From positions 92,266-156,265 of the forward strand of contig CAZAQV010000003.1 in NCBI GenBank assembly GCA_964487255.1: a stretch of DNA of 64,000 bases, in the 5' to 3' direction. This DNA is from an uncultured Polyangiales bacterium (GTDB lineage Bacteria > Myxococcota_A > Polyangia > Polyangiales > CAZAQV01). Below the pieces are notes generated by a model, which worked only from the letters and a program-made list of their open reading frames with translations, ran no database searches and was not told where the DNA came from. The translations under genes were made by a program, and so were the position numbers. Positions 58,491 through 64,000 of the stretch are shown here, piece after piece (within the stretch, counting starts at the first letter, position 1; every line of letters begins with the position of its first letter).

Positions 58491-59470
58491 AACGTTGGAG
58501 CCGACCCGTTTCCCCGATAGCGGCGTGCGAGTCTGTCCCGTAGCGTCTCTCTAGGAACGCCAAGCTTTCGCGCTGCTGCAGCGACGTTGCCGCGCGTCTG
58601 CCGGAGCGCTTCCTCAACAGGAAGTCCGAGCACCGGCATCATCTGGGTGGAGAGTTCTGCGATTGCCTCTCGGACCAGCAGACCGTCTATCACTCCTCCC
58701 TGCGCATGTAAGACCGCCAGGCGAAGGACACTTCGAAGCTCGCGCACGTTGCCCGGCCAGTGGTGAAGTCGCAAGGTCTGCAGAGCGTCCGCGCTTAGCT
58801 TCAGTGCTTCGTCCACCCCCAGCCGTCGTACGAAGTGGGCCGCCAGAGCTCCGATGTCTTCAGGCCGATGGCGAAGTGCGGGTACGACGACGCGTGCGCC
58901 AGCGATACGATAGTAAAGGTCCTCGCGAAAGTGTCCCTCGTGCACCAGTGACCGAAGGTCGCGGTGTGTCGCGCAGATCAGTCGTACATCGACTCGTTTC
59001 GTCCTCGCACTCCCCACGGGCACGTAACTGCCACTATCGAGTACCCGCAACAGCTTTGCTTGAAGCTCAAGCGGAAGCTCCGCCACTTCATCGAGGAATA
59101 GCGTTCCGCCGTGCGCTCGCTCAAAGTAGCCCGCTTGCCGGCGCACAGCACCTGTAAACGCCCCCCGCTCGTGTCCGAAGAACGCACTTTCCGCTAGACC
59201 CGCAGCGATGGCTCCGGCATTGACTGCCACAAACGGCCTTCCGCACCGCGGCGATCCACGGTGCAGTGCGCGTGCCACGTGCTCCTTACCTGCACCCGAA
59301 GGTCCATGGATCACCACCGAGACGGTCGTTGGCGCCAGGCGGGCACACTGCTCTTTGACTTTCACCATGGCCGGAGAGGCCACAACCCACTCGTCGCATT
59401 TTTCTCGCATGCGACCTTTATCGCCGAACACGTACTCGTGTTGCTTCAAAGCGGCGTGCTCTTGCGCCAA
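58487..59470 (-). CDS. Sigma-54-dependent transcriptional activator lacking an N-terminal sensory domain (PspF/HrpR-like architecture)
   Basis: The AAA+ core has Walker A GPSGAGKE, the GAFTGA loop (ERGAFTGA) and Walker B LFLDEV. The C-terminal Fis-type HTH reads ALRQTRGNVAAAARKLGVPRETLRDRL. Only about 35 aa precede the AAA+ domain. Confidence 0.85.
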   Translation of the reverse strand: MAQEHAALKQHEYVFGDKGRMREKCDEWVVASPAMVKVKEQCARLAPTTVSVVIHGPSGAGKEHVARALHRGSPRCGRPFVAVNAGAIAAGLAESAFFGHERGAFTGAVRRQAGYFERAHGGTLFLDEVAELPLELQAKLLRVLDSGSYVPVGSARTKRVDVRLICATHRDLRSLVHEGHFREDLYYRIAGARVVVPALRHRPEDIGALAAHFVRRLGVDEALKLSADALQTLRLHHWPGNVRELRSVLRLAVLHAQGGVIDGLLVREAIAELSTQMMPVLGLPVEEALRQTRGNVAAAARKLGVPRETLRDRLARRYRGNGSAPTF

Positions 59471-60309
59471 CCGCTCGCGTCGAGAAACGCGCGCCCGTCA
59501 GTCGCAAGCTTCAATAGGTGTGAGAGCAACGAACGCTCAGCCAACGGCCAAAACGCCTGAGGCGTGTCGGCATAACAGAGCGGTAGCAGCTCTTGGAGAC
59601 TGAGCGCTTCCTCGCGAAGCGCTCTGGCAATGCGACGTTCGCGGGCCAGCCTGTGTTTTATATAATGACTGAAGATCTGTCGCTCGCGCGCAATAGGTTC
59701 CCCGTGCGCCGGGTACACCCAAGATGCGTCGAGTCGCGCCAGGCGTCCAAGGCTCTCCAAGTAGACCCCCATATCGCCATCGACGGGATCGACCAGAATC
59801 GTGCCGATACCAGCAACCATATCCCCGGCAATGAGGCGCCCGTCCTCCGGACGAAAGAGGCACAAATGCCCGGGGGCATGGCCAGGCGTGTGCATCGAAA
59901 CCCAATTCGAAAAAGGTTCTGGCAATGGGCCGGCTTCGAGTTGCACGCGAGTGCTGCGAGGATCGACAGCAATTCGTTCGTGTGTTAGAGGGTGCGCCCA
60001 CACCGGCAGCGGCTTTTGCCTGCTCATAGCCAACAGCCCTCCCACATGATCGGCGTGGTGGTGGGTCGCAAAGTAGCCTTCAAACCGAAGCCCTGACTCC
60101 TCGAGTTGATGCATCAAAGCAAGGGCACGCCGAACTTCGTCAGCAAACTCCGAAGCAGGCTCAACCCAGAGCGCCCTGCGCGACCCGAGCAGGTACGCAT
60201 TGGTGTGTGTTGCAGGAGGAAGCGTGGGGGTGCGGAGCGGGAACCTCAGCAGCCCGCTCGCGCAGCGCTGAACGCCTTGGAGGTCCGGTATGTCGTCCAG
60301 CGAGATCAT
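59446..60309 (-). CDS. MBL-fold metallo-hydrolase
   Basis: It has the HxHxDH motif (THHHADHVGG) and downstream His/Asp ligands (HTPGHAPGH). I chose the ATG at 60309 (MISLDD...). Its 3' end overlaps the activator start by 25 nt. Confidence 0.8.
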   Translation of the reverse strand: MISLDDIPDLQGVQRCASGLLRFPLRTPTLPPATHTNAYLLGSRRALWVEPASEFADEVRRALALMHQLEESGLRFEGYFATHHHADHVGGLLAMSRQKPLPVWAHPLTHERIAVDPRSTRVQLEAGPLPEPFSNWVSMHTPGHAPGHLCLFRPEDGRLIAGDMVAGIGTILVDPVDGDMGVYLESLGRLARLDASWVYPAHGEPIARERQIFSHYIKHRLARERRIARALREEALSLQELLPLCYADTPQAFWPLAERSLLSHLLKLATDGRAFLDASGWRKSTPL

Positions 60310-60355
60310 ACAGCAATCATAGTCCAAGGAGACGATCCCTTGTACACTGCCGTCC

Positions 60356-60664
60356 GTGCGGTCATTGCTGTTCACATACCTGCTTCTCACACTTGGCTGC
60401 GGCCCGGCCATCGCGAGCCATGACGACTTTCGACGTATTCAACGAGCCGAAGCGAGTGTCGAAGAAGGGGTTCACATCGCCACCGATAACGCCCGAAAGT
60501 GCGACGAACGATGCGGCGGCCAGCAAAAAGCATGCGACGGCTCCGAGACGGTTTGCGAGATCGCCGACGACACCGGGGACAAGGACGCCCTGGCCCGCTG
60601 TCAGCGAACGCAGCGCCAATGCGAAGCAGCCGCACTGCGCACGCGGCCGAGCTGCGACTGCTAG
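60356..60664 (+). CDS. Possible small Cys-rich lipoprotein
   Basis: ATG start with the lipobox MRSLLFTYLLLTLGC. My hand count gives GC3 of about 69%, consistent with coding. Eight further Cys residues are present. No homolog recognised. Confidence 0.45.
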   Translation: MRSLLFTYLLLTLGCGPAIASHDDFRRIQRAEASVEEGVHIATDNARKCDERCGGQQKACDGSETVCEIADDTGDKDALARCQRTQRQCEAAALRTRPSCDC

Positions 60665-60686
60665 GCGCCCTTCGTCTCTCGCACGC

Positions 60687-62756
60687 TCATCGGGATTGCT
60701 CGAGCCGATCGATAGCGTCGCGGAGGGCTTGGCGCCCAGCGAGGTATCGCTCCTGCTCAAGCTGGCGACGAAGCGGTTCAAGAGCGCTCGCCGAACCATG
60801 CGCAGCTAGGAAATGGGCGGCCTCAACCCGCATGTAGCCATCCGCAAGCAACGCGATCGCGAGCGATTCTCCCTGCTCGGGACATCGAGAGAGTGCATGG
60901 AGCGCTCGATTGCGTAGGAACAGTGCCGCATGGACATCTTGAGCAGTGGCAAAGGCGCGTTCCGCTTCTGCGCAGCCAAACGTTTGGACCGAGCCGGGTT
61001 TCTGCGTTTGGGCCGCTTCAACGCTTCCGCGCAACCAACCGAGGGTCTCGCCAATACGCTGAAGCGCCCACGGCTCCTCCAACGTGTGGGGATTCTGCTC
61101 TTTGCCATCGCGATCCAACAAAAAAACCTCACAGCGTGCTGAAGGGCCGTCACAAATTGCCTTCTCGAGACCACGACGCACTACGAAGCGGTCGTTGAGT
61201 GCTGCGATAAAACGTTCTTGAGGTAGCGTGTCTGGCCGTGACAGATCGTAACCAAACATACTGCTCTGCACGCTTCCTTTAACAGCCGCAAGGACCGTGG
61301 GCGCGATGTCGACCAACGATACCGGCGTCGTGGGCTTTGCGGCTGGAACATCTGCACCGAGCAGTAGCAGCGGCACATGCAGCTGCTCTCGGTAAAGCGT
61401 AGTGCCATGGTAGTACGAGCGATGTTCGCCAAACGCTTCGCCATGATCGGAGCTGACGAACACAATCGGTCGACGTGGGTGTGCGAGTAGCCAGTTCAAA
61501 CATTCGTCCAGTTGCGCGTCGAGTTCGAAGAGTTCCGCTCGGTAGCGTTCGATGGGACTTTCGCCAAAGCGCGCCTGCTTAGGTTCGTATGGCTCGTGCG
61601 GATCCATCAAGTGCGCCCAGAAGAACAGTGGCCGATCGTCGATTTCAATCGAGACTCTAAGCTGCTTACATACATCCTCGATCGACGTCTCATCGCCAAT
61701 GCGCTGATCGAAGCCCAAATTTATCTCTTCGTATTTCGCAAGCACCCTTCGATCGACGGAAAAGATCGACGGTGGATAAACTGCGAGGCTCCGATATCCC
61801 ATCTTCCGCAATCCATCGGCGAGCGTACGCTGCGGCAACGGAAGCTCCATCATGGCCGCGGCGTGCACCCATGTACCTGTATGCAAGCTTACAAGCGCGT
61901 AACTGCTGTTCGGGGTCGGCGTACTCGCTTGCGCGAAGTTCATGCCCCCTCTTGCGCGTGCAGCGAGGCGCGGCATCGTCCGGGGCTCAAGCATGTCGGC
62001 CCGGAATGCGTCGATCGTCAAAAGCACAACGTCTCGATTGCGCCAGTCCCAGGCGCTGGTCTTAGCTATCCGTTCGCGCGCTCGCGCTTGAACTCCGGCA
62101 AAGTGGTGAGGCCGACCAAAGGCGAAGATCTTCGAAGCGAAAGGCATGCCGGGTACTGCGAAATACAGAGCCGATACGACCCCGGTGATCAGAAAGCTCA
62201 CGGTGAACACTGCGATGCTTCGCTTGGCCCCATGGGTCTGCAGACTGTGCCGATGGACACGGTACAGCAGCTCGGCCGCTAGCATGCATGTCGCGACGAT
62301 CAGCCCAACATGAAACACTGGATAGAGGCGGGGTAACACCCGTAGATCTGTGGCGAGGAGGACCCCAACACCAGCCACACTAACGGTGATTGCCACGCCT
62401 TTGCTAGCCCGGGCAAGCAACCACAGTAGCCCAACAGGAAGGGCCAGACTCAACGCCAGCAACGGCCAACGCCATACGCTCGCGGAAATCGAGGGCCCGG
62501 AGGTGCAAGACAGCCCAACGATGAGGCCAAGCAGACCCGCGAGCACAAGCATGGGGCGATTTTGTACATCAACTGAGCGCGCCAAGAGAAAGAGCGCCGA
62601 CAACCCCGCCCCCAACAGTGCCCCCGGAAGCGTGAGAAGCGCAAAAGTCGACAAGGTTAGCGAGCGGACCAACAGAAGTGCAAGCGCGTCGATGAGACCG
62701 CACGCCAACGCGACCAAGCCCAGCCCACAGAGTATGGATTTTACGGACGGACGCAT
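60687..62756 (-). CDS. Membrane-anchored sulfatase/alkaline-phosphatase-superfamily protein with a helical-repeat C-terminus
   Basis: It has an N-terminal multi-TM region and a sulfatase core (VVLLTIDAFRADM...; FVSSDHGEAFGEH). I chose the ATG at 62756 (MRPSVKSILCGL...), which avoids an 80-nt overlap with recG. Confidence 0.75.
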   Translation of the reverse strand: MRPSVKSILCGLGLVALACGLIDALALLLVRSLTLSTFALLTLPGALLGAGLSALFLLARSVDVQNRPMLVLAGLLGLIVGLSCTSGPSISASVWRWPLLALSLALPVGLLWLLARASKGVAITVSVAGVGVLLATDLRVLPRLYPVFHVGLIVATCMLAAELLYRVHRHSLQTHGAKRSIAVFTVSFLITGVVSALYFAVPGMPFASKIFAFGRPHHFAGVQARARERIAKTSAWDWRNRDVVLLTIDAFRADMLEPRTMPRLAARARGGMNFAQASTPTPNSSYALVSLHTGTWVHAAAMMELPLPQRTLADGLRKMGYRSLAVYPPSIFSVDRRVLAKYEEINLGFDQRIGDETSIEDVCKQLRVSIEIDDRPLFFWAHLMDPHEPYEPKQARFGESPIERYRAELFELDAQLDECLNWLLAHPRRPIVFVSSDHGEAFGEHRSYYHGTTLYREQLHVPLLLLGADVPAAKPTTPVSLVDIAPTVLAAVKGSVQSSMFGYDLSRPDTLPQERFIAALNDRFVVRRGLEKAICDGPSARCEVFLLDRDGKEQNPHTLEEPWALQRIGETLGWLRGSVEAAQTQKPGSVQTFGCAEAERAFATAQDVHAALFLRNRALHALSRCPEQGESLAIALLADGYMRVEAAHFLAAHGSASALEPLRRQLEQERYLAGRQALRDAIDRLEQSR

Positions 62757-62763
62757 CGGCGCA

Positions 62764-64000
62764 CTACCCAGCCTCCTCAAGCACGACTGTGCGCTCAGCC
62801 CGGGCAAGCGCGCGACGGGCCCCTTCGAGCCCGTCCCCTTCAAGTTGTGCGTCCTCTGCGAGGAGATCCGCGGCTATTGCGCGTGCATCGGCAAGCAGCG
62901 GCAAGTCGTGCCGCAGGTCAGCAAAGCGAAAGCCCGAAAGCCCCGACTGCTGCTTTCCAAACACTTCACCCGGCCCACGGAGGCGCAGGTCTTCTTCGGC
63001 GATAACGAAGCCATCGCTGCTCTTGCACAGAACATCAATGCGCGCCTTCGCTTCCTCAGTCTTCGCGTCGTGGACGAGCAAGCAAGCACTTCGCTGTCCC
63101 GCTCGCCCCACCCGACCACGAAGCTGGTGAAGCTGCGCGAGACCAAAACGTTCGGCATTCTCAATGAGCATTGCATTGGCGCCCGGAACGTCGACACCAA
63201 CCTCAATAACCGTCGTCGAGACCAGCAGCTGCGCTTCGCCAGACACGAACGCATCCATGGCTGCGTGACGTTCGTCGGAGCTTTGCTGTCCATGCATGAG
63301 TTCAACGCGAAGTTCGGCAAAACGCTCGCGCAGCTCGGCACACACCGTCGTCGCGTCGCGCAAGTCATGCGCCTCAGAGGGTTCGATGGCGGGACAGACG
63401 ACAAACACCTGTCCACCGTGCTCGATGGCTCTTCGCGCCTGTCGGTATGCTTCATCCCGCTCAGCTTGCTCGTACGCACGTGTTAGCGGCGGGGTGCGCC
63501 CCGGCGGCTTTTCGTCGAGAACACTAACCCGCAGATCCCCATAGAGCGCGAGCGCAAGGCTGCGGGGAATCGGGGTCGCTGTCATCACAAGCAGATGGGG
63601 ATCGCGCTCTCCCTTACTCGCAAGCCGCAGTCGTTGCGAGACACCAAAACGATGTTGCTCGTCGACGATCGCGAGTCCGAGTTGTCGAAAGGCGACCTTG
63701 TCGTTCAAAATCGCGTGGGTGCCCACGACGAGGTCAAGGCTCCCGTCCGCAAGCGCGGCAAGCGTCTTCTTACGATGCGAGGCCCGAGCACCGCCAACCA
63801 ACAGCGCCGTCCGAAGTCCGAGAGACCGCACGACCGGTGCGAGGGAACGCATGTGCTGCTCTGCGAGAACCTCAGTCGGAGCCAACAGCGCGACTTGTGC
63901 GCCCGCGGAAACGGTGTGGGCCGCGCTGAGAATGGCGACGGCTGTCTTTCCGGCGCCCACGTCACCCTGGAGCAAGCGCCGCATCGGTTGCTCGCGGCCG
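62764..64000 (-). CDS. recG: ATP-dependent DNA helicase RecG (C-terminal two-thirds; 5' end outside the window)
   Basis: LLQGDVGAGKTAVA (Walker A), IVDEQHRFGV (DEQH), MTATPIPRSL and QLHQLRGRVGRAGQRS are present. The frame is open to the window edge. Confidence 0.9.
   Translation of the reverse strand, partial: GREQPMRRLLQGDVGAGKTAVAILSAAHTVSAGAQVALLAPTEVLAEQHMRSLAPVVRSLGLRTALLVGGARASHRKKTLAALADGSLDLVVGTHAILNDKVAFRQLGLAIVDEQHRFGVSQRLRLASKGERDPHLLVMTATPIPRSLALALYGDLRVSVLDEKPPGRTPPLTRAYEQAERDEAYRQARRAIEHGGQVFVVCPAIEPSEAHDLRDATTVCAELRERFAELRVELMHGQQSSDERHAAMDAFVSGEAQLLVSTTVIEVGVDVPGANAMLIENAERFGLAQLHQLRGRVGRAGQRSACLLVHDAKTEEAKARIDVLCKSSDGFVIAEEDLRLRGPGEVFGKQQSGLSGFRFADLRHDLPLLADARAIAADLLAEDAQLEGDGLEGARRALARAERTVVLEEAG

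Overview
This is a roughly 60% GC chromosomal segment. Its gene content looks like a Myxococcota/Bradymonadia-type deltaproteobacterium: Ser/Thr kinases, a sigma-54 activator, an Oar-like TonB-dependent receptor, and Cys-rich MopE/Stig1-type secreted proteins. I can support about 55 protein-coding genes, most of them tightly packed and often joined by 4-nt start/stop overlaps. I saw no rRNA, tRNA or CRISPR array.

Housekeeping genes, in order:
- partial moxR, fatty-acid desaturase, a large radical-SAM fusion, cysC, mltG, ruvX
- addB-addA, rlmH, multicopper oxidase, prepilin peptidase, proB
- two tandem HU paralogs, ybeY, eno, lgt
- mutS2, a Ser/Thr kinase, mutL, miaA, acetyltransferase plus GT2
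- a sigma-54 activator plus an MBL hydrolase, a sulfatase-family membrane protein, partial recG

Regions most worth follow-up:
1. 32.6-42.5 kb: a self-contained ExbB-ExbD-TonB-lipoprotein-TBDR-beta-barrel operon. Its receptor carries its own TonB-C-like domain. It is flanked by a further TonB-C protein and a divergent OmpR/HK pair.
2. 42.5-49.5 kb: three large secreted lipoproteins (PPC domains, an HExxH site, and a MopE/Stig1 Cys-repeat mosaic).
3. 2.7-7.4 kb: a lower-GC patch holding a solitary HUH/Y1 (RAYT-like) transposase fused to a DnaA-domain-IV-like HTH. It abuts a 164-nt imperfect palindrome.
4. A biotin-carboxylase homolog that has lost its ATP-grasp lid and catalytic motifs.
5. An ancient tandem HU duplication in which promoter and terminator are also duplicated.

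All functional calls come from motif recognition by eye. No database search was run.
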